Source: Leucoraja ocellata
Lineage: Eukaryota
Assembly (NCBI GenBank): GCA_036785375.1
Contig: JAWMAR010000471.1
Location: 186,001 to 250,000 of the forward strand
Length of the DNA: 64,000 bases
Direction of reading: 5' to 3'
Shown: positions 1-11,220 of the stretch, in pieces
Numbering within the stretch: the stretch's first letter is position 1
Layout of the letters: every line of letters starts with the position of its first letter
The notes under the pieces: generated by a model
What the model was told of the DNA's origin: nothing
What the model saw: the letters and a program-made list of their open reading frames with translations, nothing else
Database searches by the model: none
Translations under genes and position numbers: made by a program

Positions 1-231
1 CTGCAACTATACAGCTACAAGCTCGACCAATCCTGGTCTTATCTGGTACCGTCAGTATCCCGGCGGATCCCTTGTATTTCTGCTGCTCAGAACGAAATAC
101 GAAGTCGCCCCGAAGAACAATGCCGGTGAACGCTTCTCTGCGGAGCTCGACCATTTGACAGGAACTTTCCCGCTGACGGTGTCACAAACGCGGCTCCGAG
201 ACTCGGCGATGTATTACTGCGCTCTGAGCCC
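1..231 (+). CDS. V0: TCR alpha/delta-like V exon, 5' part outside the window
   Basis: Reads CNYTATSSTNPGLIWYRQ...TKYEVAPK...YYCALS. RSS 232-270: CACGGAG, 23 bp, ACAAAAACT. Confidence 0.88.
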
Positions 232-603
232 CACGGAGGCGCAGAATTGGGCTGAGCCCGTACAAAAACTCAAAGCGTACCCACTCACGTTTCAGCGCGT
301 GGAACTAATCTAATTATATATTGTACTTCCGGCCTTGCCCCTCCTGTGACGCCCTGGAACAGAAAAGAAAGGAGGTGTGAGATGATTGGGCAACAAAAGC
401 AGTGATGTGATTGGCGGAATTAAGAAACTGAGTGAATTCGGGGAGTTGGAGAACAAATTAGCTCCGCGCAGACAGGATGTGACGCTGTCTCGAATAAGCC
501 AATGAATGAAGAACCTAGACCACAGCTCTCTCACAATATCAGTTTAAACCTGTTTCCGGCTGAGACCATTTCAGTTCATATTCACTCTCAATGCAATTAC
601 AAC

Positions 604-1461
604 ATGCTGGCCTTGACAATGTATTGGCTTCTTACAGCTGCAGCTATCTTAACCGGTAAGTTATCCACGATTCGAATACTGGAGGGCATGATATTTAATC
701 AACCAAATACCTTGAATGCAACTCAACGACTTTAGAAAGGGAGTCCGTATGAGGACAGTAAACGCAGAGCACATTGGGGAAAAAGATGCAGTTTCACAGT
801 AATTGATGTTCGGAAATTCGCGGTGCCTTTCCACGTTAATTGTTGGAAAGCAGCGCCGACGGAGAAGCATCTTCGAGTTAGAACACACCCGTGGTTCACG
901 CACGAGAGATCTACGATTCCCTTCTTACACCCAGGAAGCAATAACGACGTCCAGTGCGATGAACCGGGTTTGATTATCTTTAAAGATAAATTAATTTGGT
1001 AATTCCCAGCGCCTTCCCGCCCATCTTTATTTAGCTTTTAGGGGAGGGGTATGTTTGATGTCATTGTACCTCATATCAGTATCAGGATGAGGGATATTCT
1101 GAAATATGAGCTGAATTAGGTGATGTTTTGTTATTTATCCCCGGATTCTTTCAGGTAATTGTCGAGGCGACGCCGTTTCTCAGTCACCGGCAGCGGTTAC
1201 AGTGAGTGAAGGGGATGATACAAAATTTAACTGCAACTATACAGCTACAAGCACGACCAATCTTGGTCTTATCTGGTACCGTCAGTATCCCGGCGGATCC
1301 CTTGAGTTTCTGCTGCACAGAATGAAATACGAAGCCGCCCCGAAGAACAATGCCGGGGACCGTTTCTCTGCTGAGCTCAACCATTCGACAGGAACGGTCC
1401 CGCTGACGGTGTCACAAACGCAGCTCAGAGACTCGGCGACGTATTACTGCGCTCTGAACCC
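604..1461 (+). CDS. V1: TCR alpha/delta-like V segment (leader 604-655, V exon 1155-1461)
   Basis: GT/AG phase-1 intron and open frame with C/W/YYC. RSS 1462-1500: CACCGTG-23-ACAAAAACG. Confidence 0.9.
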
Positions 1462-1790
1462 CACCGTGGCGCACAATTGGGCTGATCCTGTACAAAAACG
1501 ATCAGAGATCCCCGTCAGTTTGCAGCGCGTTTGTCAGCATCGGCGCGCCCTTGATGATTGCTGCACCCGTCCCAACGCCAGTGTGTTTGCTGTCATTAAT
1601 ACACGATTTTTATATATTAAACAAACCCATGACAATAGGGTTGAAGAATAGCTTCTAACAAACAAACATTAGGTTCTTGAACCCTACACAGCACCAAAGG
1701 ATGAACTATGGAATGTCTTCGGTTGCATTAAGCACTTCATGCATCTTATGCACATGGACCTGGTTGTTCATTTATTGAATTTTAATTATT

Positions 1791-1983
1791 ACAAGGACTT
1801 TGGGACTTTTGCCTTCCATCACAGTGAGGAGGTGCCTGGTGGACTCACTGTGGTGGATGTTAAAACTGTGTTGAGCGTGTGTTTTGTTATTTTATTCTAT
1901 GTTATGACAGCTCGGTTAAACCATTTATTTGTACTGTAAATGTGCAATGACAATAAAGTTGAATCTAATCTAATCTAATCTAA
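1791..1983 (+). mobile_element. Spacer element A: about 190 bp retroposon 3' end with (AATCT)n tail, present in most spacers (representative copy)
   Basis: Ends catttcgttg...caatgacaataaagttg(aatct)n, resembling the 3' end of the Rex1-like LINE near 21100-21161. Absent at the homologous site in spacers near 3400, 18790, 34578 and 46630. Confidence 0.75.
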
Positions 1984-2274
1984 TTATATATTGTACTTCC
2001 GGCCTTGCCCCTCCTGTGACGTAATTGGACCAGAAAACAAAGGAGGTGTGAGATGATTGGGCAACAAAAGCAGTGATGTGATTGGCGGAATTAAGAAACT
2101 GGGAGAATTCGGGGAGTTGGAGAACAAATTAGCTCCGCGCCGACGGGATGTGACGCTGTCAAGAATAAGCCCATGAATGAAGAACATCGACCACACCCCT
2201 TTCACAATATCAGTTTAAACGTGTATCCGGGTGAGACCATTTCAGTTCATATTCACTCTCAATGCAATTCCAAC

Positions 2275-3122
2275 ATGCTGGCATTAACAATGTATTGGCT
2301 TCTTACAGCTGCAGCTCTCTTAACCGGTAAGCTCACCACGTTTCCAATAATGTAGGGCACGATATTTAATCAACCAAATACCTTGAATGCAACACAACGA
2401 CTTTAGAAAGGGAGTCCGTATGAGGCCAGTAAACGCAGAGCACATTAGGAAAAAAGATGCAGTTTCACAGTAATTGATGTTCGGAAGTTCGAGGTGAGTT
2501 TCCAGGTTAATTGTTGGAAAGCAGCCGCGACGGAGAAGCATCGTAGAGTGTGAACCCACCGGTGGTTCACGTACGAGTGATCTACGATTTCCCCCTTCCT
2601 CCCCAATTCAATAAGTCCGATGGAACAGGTTGGATTATCTTTAAAGATAAATTTATTCGGTAATTCCCAGCTCCTTTCCGCCCATCTTTATTTAGCTTTT
2701 TGGGGAGGGGTATGTTTGATGTCATTGTACCTCATATCAGTATCAGGATGAGGGGTATTCTGAAGTATGAGCTGAATTAGGTGATGTTGTGTTATTTATC
2801 CCCGGACTCTTGCAGGGAATTGTCGAGGCGACGCCGTTTCACATACACCAGCAGCGTTTACAGTGAGTGAAGGGGATGACGCACAGTTGAACTGCAGCTA
2901 TACAGCTACAAGCTCGGACAATCCTGGTCTTATCTGGTACCGTCAGTATTCCGGCGGATCCCTTGCATTTCTGCTGCTCAGAATGAAATACGAAGCCGCC
3001 CCGAAGAACAATGCCGGTGAACGCTTCTCTGCCGAGCTCGACCTTTTGGCAGGAACGGTCCCGCTGACGGTGTCACAAACGCGGCTCCGAGACTCGGCGA
3101 TGTATTACTGCGCTATGAGCCC
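2275..3122 (+). CDS. V2: TCR alpha/delta-like V segment (leader 2275-2326, V exon 2816-3122)
   Basis: Open frame, CDR2 region MKYEAAPK. RSS 3123-3161: CACGGAG-23-ACAAAAACT. Confidence 0.9.
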
Positions 3123-3481
3123 CACGGAGGCGCAGAATTGGGGTGAGCCCGTACAAAAACTCCAAGCGCACCCAGTCACGTATCAGCGCGTGGATCTGTG
3201 TCAGCGTCGGCCCTTCCTCGCTGAATGCAGCATCCGTCCCACCGCCTGTATGTACCAGCAGCTTCTCATATTTAAACATTAGGTCCCTGAACATTACACA
3301 GCAGTAACAGATGAGCAATGAACTGTCTTCGGTTGCACTAAGCACTTCATGCCTTTCGTGTACATGAATGTCGTTGTTTATTTATTGAATTTTGTTTATT
3401 GTATATTATACTTCAGACCTTGCCCCTCCTGTGACATCATGGAGCAGAAAACAAATGAGGTTTGAGATGATTGGGCAACAA

Positions 3482-3846
3482 GAGGAAGCGAGCGGGCAAG
3501 ATCATCTCTGACCCCTCTCACCCTGGCGACAAACTATTTGAATCACTTCCCTCAGGAAGGCGACTCCGGACTGTCAAAGCTGCCACAGCCAGACATAAAA
3601 CAGTTTTTATCCACGAGTAGTTACTCTACTCAACAGCCAAATATCTGTAGCCTCCCTTTTATCTGGTATTTTGTTGGTTCACATGCTTGATCAATGGTGT
3701 TTTATCATGAACGTTTTATTATTATCAATGTTTAGTGTTTTCTGAGGTATTCGTAACTGTCACTGTATGTTATGTTGTTACTTGTGGGCGGAGCTCCAAG
3801 GCATATTCCTTGTATGTGAATACTTGGCCAATAAAATTACTTACTT
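3482..3846 (+). mobile_element. Spacer element B: Rex1-like LINE 3' fragment within the promoter
   Basis: Encodes KIISDPSHPGDKLFESLPSGRRLR, homologous to the C-terminus of the 20067 LINE ORF. AATAAA plus (TTAC)n tail, ACAA duplication. Confidence 0.85.
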
Positions 3847-3937
3847 ACAAAAGCAGTGATGTGATTGGCGGAATTAAGAAACTCAGTGAATTAGGGGAGT
3901 TGGAGAACAAATTAGCTCTGCGCCAACGGGATGTGAC

Positions 3938-6168
3938 AATGGTCAGAAACAATGGTTTTGAACTTAAAGAAAGGTAACTTTGAGGGTATGAGACGTGAAT
4001 TGGCCAAGATTGACTGGCAATTAATTCTAAAAGGGTTGACGGTGGATATGCAATGAAAGGCATTTAAAGACTGCATGGATGAACTACAAAAATTGTTCAT
4101 CCCAGTTTGGCAAAAGAATAAATCAGGGAAGGTAGTGCATCCATGGATAACAAGGGAAATCAGGGATAGTATCAAAGCAAAGGATGATGCGTACAAACTA
4201 GCCAGAAAAAGCAGCATACCGGAGGACTGGGAGAAATTCAGAGACCAGCAGAGGAGGACGAAGGGCTTAATTAGAAAAGGAAAAATGGATTATGAAAGAA
4301 AACTGGCAGTGAACATAAAATCTGACTGCAAAAGTTTTTATAGATATGTGAAAAGAAAGAGATTAGTTAAAACAAATGTAGGTCCCTTGCAGTCAGAAAC
4401 AGGTGAGTTGATCATGGGGAACCAGGATATGGCGGACCAATTGAATAACTACTTTGGTTCCGTCTTCACTAAGGAAGACATAAATGATCTGCCGGAAATA
4501 GCAGGGGCCCGCGAGGAATTGAGTGAAATCCAGGTTAGTCGGGAAGTGGTGTTGGGTAAATTGAATGGATTAAAGGCCGATAAATCCCCAGGGCCAGATA
4601 GGCTGCATCCCAGAGTACTTAAGGAAGTAGCTCCAGAAATAGTGGATGCATTAGTAATAATCTTTCAAAACTCCTTAGATTCTGGAGTAGTTCCAGCGGA
4701 TTGGCGGGTAGCAAACGTAACCCCACTTTTTAAGAAGGGAGGGAGAGAGAAAACGGGGAATTACAGACCAGTTAGCCTAACATCGGTAGTGGGGAAACTG
4801 CTAGAGTCAGTTATCAAAGATGGGATAGCAGCACATTTAGAAAGTGGTGAAATCATTGGACAAAGTCAGCATGGATTTACGAAAGGTAAATCATGTCTGA
4901 CGAATCTTATAGAATTTTTCGAGGATGTAACTAGTAGCGTGGATAGGGGAGAACCAGTGGATGTGGTGTATCTGGACTTCCAGAAGGCTTTCGACAAGGT
5001 CCCACATAAGAGATTAGTATACAAACTTAAAGCACATGGCATTGGGGGTTCAGTATTGATGTGGATAGAGAACTGGCTGGCAAACAGGAAGCAAAGAGTA
5101 GGAGTAAACGGGTCCTTTTCACAATGGCAGGCAGTGACTAGTGGGGTACCGCAAGGCTCAGTACTGGGACCCCAGCTATTTACAATATATATTAATGATC
5201 TGGATGAGGGAATTGAAGGCAATATCTCCAAGTTTGCGGATGACACTAAGCTGGGGGGCAGTGTTAGGTGTGAGGAGGATGCTAGGAGACTGCAAGGTGA
5301 CTTGGATAGGCTGGGTGAGTGGGCAAATGTTTGGCAGATGCAGTTTAATGTGGATAAATGTGAGGTTATCCATTTTGGTGGCAAAAACGGGAAAGCAGAT
5401 TATTATCTAAACGGTGGCCGATTGGGAAAGGGGGAGATGCAGCGAAACCTGGGTGTCATGGTACACCAGTCATTGAAGGTAGGCATGCAGGTGCAGCAGG
5501 CAGTAAAGAAAGCGAATGGCATGTTGGCTTTCATAGCAAGAGGATTTGAGTATAGGAGCAGGGAGGTTCTACTGCAGTTGTATAGGGTCTTGGTGAGACC
5601 ACACCTGGAGTATTGCGTGCAGTTTTGGTCTCCAAATCTGAGGAAGGACATTATTGCCATAGAGGGAGTGCAGAGAAGGTTCACCAGACTGATTCCTGGG
5701 ATGTCAGGACTGTCTTATGAAGAAAGACTGGATAGACTTGGTTTATACTCTCTACAGTTTAGGAGATTGAGAGGGGATCTTATAGAAACTTACAAAATTC
5801 TTAAGGGGTTGGACAGGCTAGATGCAGGAAGATTGTTTCCGATGTTGGGGAAGTCCAGGACAAGGGGTCACAGCTTAAGGATAAGGGGGAAATCCTTTAA
5901 AACCGAGATGAGGAGAACTTTTTTCACACAGAGAGTGGTGAATCTCTGGAACTCTCTGCCACAGAGGGTAGTTGAGGCCAGTTCATTGGCTATATTTAAG
6001 AGGGAGTTAGATGTGGCCCTTGTGGCCAAGGGGATCAGAGGGTATGGAGAAAAGGCAGGTACGGGATACTGAGTTGGATGATCAGCCATGATCATATTAA
6101 ATGGCGGTGCAGGCTCGAAGGGCCGAATGGCATACTCCTGCACCTAATTTCTATGTTTCTATGTTTCT
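3938..6168 (+). mobile_element. 5'-truncated CR1-clade LINE
   Basis: RT ORF, (TTTCTATG)n tail, and flanking ATGTGAC duplication (3931-3937 and 6169-6175) at a site that is single-copy in other units. Confidence 0.95.
4075..6072 (+). CDS. CR1 LINE ORF2 fragment, reverse transcriptase domain (665 aa, no endonuclease domain)
   Basis: Motifs KSPGPD, NYRPVSLTS, YLDFQKAFDKV, GVPQGSVLGP, KFADD, FFTQRVVNLWNSLP. The upstream frame is broken by TGA at 4054-4056. Confidence 0.92.
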   Translation: MDELQKLFIPVWQKNKSGKVVHPWITREIRDSIKAKDDAYKLARKSSIPEDWEKFRDQQRRTKGLIRKGKMDYERKLAVNIKSDCKSFYRYVKRKRLVKTNVGPLQSETGELIMGNQDMADQLNNYFGSVFTKEDINDLPEIAGAREELSEIQVSREVVLGKLNGLKADKSPGPDRLHPRVLKEVAPEIVDALVIIFQNSLDSGVVPADWRVANVTPLFKKGGREKTGNYRPVSLTSVVGKLLESVIKDGIAAHLESGEIIGQSQHGFTKGKSCLTNLIEFFEDVTSSVDRGEPVDVVYLDFQKAFDKVPHKRLVYKLKAHGIGGSVLMWIENWLANRKQRVGVNGSFSQWQAVTSGVPQGSVLGPQLFTIYINDLDEGIEGNISKFADDTKLGGSVRCEEDARRLQGDLDRLGEWANVWQMQFNVDKCEVIHFGGKNGKADYYLNGGRLGKGEMQRNLGVMVHQSLKVGMQVQQAVKKANGMLAFIARGFEYRSREVLLQLYRVLVRPHLEYCVQFWSPNLRKDIIAIEGVQRRFTRLIPGMSGLSYEERLDRLGLYSLQFRRLRGDLIETYKILKGLDRLDAGRLFPMLGKSRTRGHSLRIRGKSFKTEMRRTFFTQRVVNLWNSLPQRVVEASSLAIFKRELDVALVAKGIRGYGEKAGTGY

Positions 6169-6295
6169 ATGTGACGTTGTCAAGAATAAGCCAATGATTG
6201 AAGAGCCTAGAGCACACCCCTTTCACAATATCAGATTAAACCTGTTTCCGGGTGAGACCATTTCAGTTCATATTCACTCTCAATGCAATTACAAC

Positions 6296-7157
6296 ATGCT
6301 GGCGTTGACAATGTATTGGCTTCTTACAGCTGCAGCTCTCTTAACCGGTAAGTTCACCACGTTTCCAATACTGTAGGGCACGATATTTATTCAACCAAAT
6401 ACCTTGAATGCAACACAACGACTTTAGAAAGGGAGTCCGTCCGTATGACGACAGTAAACGCAGAGCACATTAGGAAAAAAGATGCCGTTTCACAGTAATT
6501 GATGTTCGGAAATTTAAGGTGAGTTTCCGGGTTAATTGTTGGAAAGCAGCGCCAATGGAGAAGCATCGTAGAGTTAGAACACACCGGTGGTTCACGCACG
6601 AGTGATCTACGATTCCCTTTTTCCCACCCCGGAAGGAGTAACGACATCCAATCCGATGGAACCGGTTGGATTATCTTTAAAGATAAATTTAGTCGGTAAT
6701 TCCCAGCGCCTTTCCGCCCATATTTATTTAGCTTTTGGGGGAGGGGTATGTTTGATGTCATTGTATCTCATATCAGTATCAGGATGAGGGGTATTCTGAA
6801 ATATGAGCTGGATTAGGTGATGTTGTATTATTTATTCCGGATTCTTGCAGGGAATTGTCGAGGCGACGCCGTTTCCCAGACACCGGCAGCGGTTACAGTG
6901 AGTGAAGGGGAGGATACAAAATTGAGCTGCAACTATACATCTTCAAGCTCGATCACTCCTGGACTAATCTGGTACCGTCAGTATCCCGGCGGATCCCTTG
7001 AGTTTCTGCTGCTCAGAACGACATACAAAGGCGGCGAGAAGAACAATGCCGGGGGCCGATTTTCTGCTGAGCTCGACCATTCGACAGGAGCGATCCCGCT
7101 GACAGTGTCACAAACGCGGCTCCGAGACTCGGCGATGTATTACTGCGCTCTGAACCC
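6296..7157 (+). CDS. V3: TCR alpha/delta-like V segment (leader 6296-6347, V exon 6851-7157); promoter interrupted by a CR1 LINE
   Basis: Open frame. RSS 7158-7196: CACGGTG-23-ACAAAAACT. Confidence 0.88.
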
Positions 7158-7196
7158 CACGGTGGCTCAGAATTTGGCTGAGCCTGTACAAAAACT
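7158..7196 (+). promoter_or_regulatory. 23-bp-spacer V(D)J recombination signal sequence (representative of 33 copies)
   Basis: CACGGTG, exactly 23 nt, then ACAAAAACT, directly after the YYCALN codons; matches the RAG heptamer/nonamer layout. Confidence 0.95.
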
Positions 7197-7965
7197 ATCA
7201 GAGGTCCCCGTCAGTTTGCAGCGCGTTTGTCAGCATCGGCGCGCCCTTGTTGATTGCTGAACCCGTTCCAACGCCAGTGTGTTTGCTGTCATTAATACAC
7301 GATTTTTATACATTAAACAAACCCGTGACAATAGGGTTGAAGAATAGCTTCTAACAAACAAATATTAGGTTCTTGAACCCTACACATCACCAAAGGATGA
7401 ACTATGGAATGTCTTCGGTTGCATTAAGCACTTCATGCATCTTATGCACACGGACTTCGTTGTTAACTTATTGAATTGTGTTCATTACAAGGTTTTTGGG
7501 ATGTTTGCCTTCCTTCACAGCGAGGAGGTGCCTGTTGGACTCACTGTAGTGGATGTTAAAACTGTGTTGAGTGTGTGTTTTGTTATTTTATTCTATGTTA
7601 TGACAGCTCGGTTAAACCATTTCGTTGTACTGTAAATATGCAATGACAAAAAAGTTGAATCTAATCTAATCTAATTATATATTGTACTTCCGGCCTTGCC
7701 CCTCCTGTGACGTAATAGGACCAGAAAACAAAGGAGGTGTGAGATGATTGGGCGACAAAAGCAGTGATGTGATTGGCGGAATTAAGAAACTGAGTGAATT
7801 CGGGGAGTTGGAGAACAAATTAGCTCCGCGCCGACGGGATGTGACGTTGTCAAGAATAAGCCAATGAATTAAGAACCTAGACCACAGCACTTTCACAATA
7901 TCAGATTAAACCTGTTTCCGGGTGAGACCATTTCAGTTCATATTCACTCTCAATCCAATTACAAC

Positions 7966-8801
7966 ATGCTGGCCTTGACAATGTATTGGCTTCTTACAGC
8001 TGCAGCTCTCTTAACCGGTAAGTTCACCACGTTTCCAATAATGTAGGGCACGATATTTAATCAACCATGCACCTTGAATGCAACACAATGGCTTTAGAAA
8101 GGGAGTCCGTATGAGGACAGTAAACGCAGAGCACATTAGGAAAAAAAGATGCAGTTTCACAGTAATTGATGTTCGGAAATTCGCGGTGCCTTTCCAGGTT
8201 AATTGTTGGAAAGCAGCGCTGACGGAGAAGCATCTTCCAGTTAGAACACACCGGTGGTTCACGCACGAGAGATCTACGATTCCCTTCTTACACCCAGGAA
8301 GCAATAACGACGTCCAGTGCGATGAAACGGGTTGGATTATCTATAGAGATAAATGTATTTGGTAATTCCCAGCGCCTTCCCGCCCATCTTTATTTAGCTT
8401 TTAGGGGAGGGGTATGTTTGATGTCATTGTACCTCATATCAGTATCAGGATGAGGGGTATTCTGAAGTATGAGCTGAATTAGGTGATGTTGTGTTATTGA
8501 TCCCCGGTCTCTTGCAGGGAATTGTCGAGGCGACGACGTTTCTCAGTCACCGGCAGCGGCTAGAGTGAGTGAAGGGGATGATACAAAATTGAGCTGCAAC
8601 TATACAGTTACAAGCGCGGCCTCTGCTGGACTAATCTGGTACCGTCAGTATCCCGGCGGATCCCTTGAGTTTCTGCTGCTCAGAACGACATACAAAGGCG
8701 GCGAGAAGAACAATGCCGGGGAACGTTTTTCTGCGGAGCTCGACCATTCGACAGGAACGGTCCCGCTGACGGTGTCACAAACGCGGCTCCGAGACTCGGC
8801 G
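7966..8801 (+). pseudogene. V4: V pseudogene with 3' end (YYC and RSS) deleted
   Basis: V exon from 8518 reads to ...RLRDSA and then joins directly to spacer-retroposon sequence gtggtggatgttaaa. About 0.4 kb is missing relative to other units. Confidence 0.92.
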
Positions 8802-8952
8802 GTGGTGGATGTTAAAACTGTGTTGAGTGTGTGTTTTGTTATTTTATTTTATGTTATGACAGCTCGGTTAAACCATTTCGTTGTACTGTAAATGTGCAAT
8901 GACAATAAAGTCGAATCTAATCTAATCTAATCTAATCTAATTATATATTGTA

Positions 8953-9130
8953 CTTCCGGCCTTGCCCCTCCTGTGACGTCATGGAACAGAAAACAAAGGA
9001 GGTTTGAGATGATTAGGCAACAAAAGCAGTGATGTGATTGGCGGAATTAAGATACTGAGTGAATTCAGGGAGTTGGAGAACAAATTAGCTCCGCGCCGAC
9101 GGGATGTGACGCTGTCAAGAATAAGCCAAT
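8953..9130 (+). promoter_or_regulatory. V-gene promoter block (representative): ETS site, CRE, CCAAT boxes
   Basis: CTTCCGG (ETS core), TGACGTCA (full CRE here; TGACG half-site or TGACATCA in other units), AGTGATGTGATTGG and AGCCAAT, about 100-280 bp upstream of the leader ATG. CRE-type motifs are typical of TCR V promoters. Function is inferred. Confidence 0.6.
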
Positions 9131-9230
9131 GAATGAAGAACATCGACCACACCCCTTTCACAATATCAGATTAAACCTGTTTCCGGGTGAGACCATTTCA
9201 TTTCATATTCACTCTCAATGCAATTACAAC

Positions 9231-10010
9231 ATGCTGACCTTGACAATGTATTGGCTTCTGACAGCTGCAGCTCTCTTAACCGGTAAGTTCACCACGTTTC
9301 CAATTATGTAGGGCAACATATTTATTCAACCAAATACCTTGAAGGCAACACAACTACTTTAGAAAGGGAGTTAGAAAGATGAATCATTTAGGCATTTCCC
9401 AGCGCCTTTCCGCCCATCTTTATTGGCTTCTTACAGCTGCAGCTCTCTTAACCGGTAAGTTCACCATGTTTCCAATAATGTAGGGCATGATATTTATTCA
9501 AGCAAATACCTTGAATGCAACACAACGACTTTAGAAAGGGAGTCCGTATGACGACAATAAACGCAGAGCACATTTGGAAAAAAAATTTGGGGGAGGGGTA
9601 TGTTTGATGTCATTGTACCTCATATCAGTATCAGGATGAGGGGTATTCTGAAGTATGAGCTGAATTAGGTGATGTTGTGTTATTGATCCCCGGACTCTTG
9701 CAGGTAATTGTCGAGGCGACGCCGTTTCTCAGACACCGGCAGCGGTTACAGTGAGTGAAGGGGATGACGCACAGTTGAGCTGCAACTATACAGCTACAAG
9801 CAGGTCCACTCATGTACTAATCTGGTATCGTCAGTATCCCGGCGGATCCCTTGAGTTTCTGCTGCTCAGAACGAGATACGATGCTGGCCATAAGAACAAT
9901 GCGGGGGAACGTTTTACTGCGGAGTTCAACCATTCGACGGGAATGGTCCCGCTGACGGTGTCACAAACGCGGCTCCGAGACTCGGCGATGTATTACTGCG
10001 CTCTGAACCC
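9231..10010 (+). CDS. V5: TCR alpha/delta-like V segment (leader 9231-9282, V exon 9704-10010)
   Basis: Open frame, CDR2 region TRYDAGHK. RSS 10011-10049 with CACGGTG. The intron carries a duplicated leader 3' end. Confidence 0.88.
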
Positions 10011-11220
10011 CACGGTGGCGCAGAATTGGGTTGAGTCTGTACAAAAACTATCAGAGATGCCCGTGAGTTTGCAGCGCGTTTGTCAGCGTCGGCGCGCCCT
10101 TGTTTAGTGCTGCACCCGTCCCAACGCCAGTGTGTTTGCTGTCATTAATACACGATTTTTAAATATTAAAATCCCCCATGATAATTAGGTTGAAGAATAG
10201 CTTCTAACAAGCAAATATTACGTTCTTGAACACTACACAGCACTAAAAGATTAACTATGAAATGTATTCGGTTGCATTAAGCACTTCATGCATCTTATAC
10301 ACATGGACTTGGTTGTTAATTCATTGAATTTTGTTTATTACAAGGACTTTGGGACTTTTGCCTTCCATCCCCGTGAGGAGGTGCCTGGTGAACTCACTGT
10401 GGTGGATGTTAAAACTGTGTTGAGTGTGTGTTTTGTTATTTTATTCTATCTTATGACAGCTCGGTTAAACCATTTCTTTGTACTGTAAATGTGCAATGAC
10501 AATAAAGTTGAATCTAATCTAATCTAATCTAATTATATCTTGTACTTCCGGCCTTGCCCCTCCTGTGACGCAATGGAACAGAAAAGAAAGGAGGTGTGAG
10601 ATGATTGGGCAACAAAAGTAGTGATGTGATTGGCGGAATTAAGAAACTGAGTTAATTCGGGGGAGTTGGAGAACAAATTAGCACTGCGCCGACGGGATGT
10701 GACGCTGTCAAGAATCACCGCGGAAGCACAACTTTCTCAGCATCGGCGCGTCTCGTTGATTGCTGCTCCCGTCCCAACGACAGTGTGTTGATGAATAGCT
10801 TTTAACAAACAAAGTTATTGAACACTACACAACACTAAAAGATGAAATATGGAATGTATTCGGTTGCATTAAGCACTTCATGCATCTTGTGCACATGGAC
10901 TTGGTTGTTAATGTATTACATTTTGTTTATTACAAGGACATTGGGACTTTTGCCTTCCATCACAATGAGGAGGTGCCTGGTGGACACTGTGGTGAATGTA
11001 AAAACTGTGTTGAGTGTGTGTTTTGTTATTTTATTCTATGTTATGACAGTTCGGTTAAACCATTTCGTTGCACTGTAGCTCCGCGCCGACGGAATGTGAC
11101 GTTGTCAAGAATAAGCCAATGAATGAAGAGCATAGACCACACCCCTTTCACAAGATCAGATTAAACCTGTTTCCGGGTGAGACCATTTCAGTTCATATTC
11201 ACTCTCAATGCAATTACAAC

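Noticed and set aside
591-598. ATGCAATT resembling the Ig octamer ATGCAAAT
   Set aside because: It has one mismatch and sits only a few bases before the leader ATG, not at a promoter position. The V sequence and CRE motifs point to TCR rather than Ig.
502-603. Recurrent in-frame upstream extension MNEE...QCNYN ahead of the leader
   Set aside because: It is broken in several units (2-bp deletion near 32235 and 59880, lost ATG or stop near 7866 and 48418, deleted in V28) and overlaps the CCAAT/promoter region. The hydrophobic signal peptide starts at MLALTM.
1163-1171. RGD tripeptide at the start of most V exons
   Set aside because: It lies at the expected signal-peptide cleavage point (CRG|D), so it would not persist as an integrin-binding motif.
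1462-1651. ORF read-through past YYCALN (PTVAQNWAEPVQK...)
   Set aside because: This is translation of the RSS and 3' flank; lengths and stops vary between units.
1739-1939. Recurrent 66-aa hydrophobic ORF MHLMHMDLVV...
   Set aside because: It spans the junction of spacer DNA and retroposon element A and is frameshifted in many copies. Its recurrence reflects the tandem duplication, not coding constraint.
4866-5384. Antisense ORFs inside the CR1 and Rex1-like elements, and minus-strand intron ORFs throughout
   Set aside because: They are shadow frames of RT coding sequence or of the repeated intron, with no recognisable domains.
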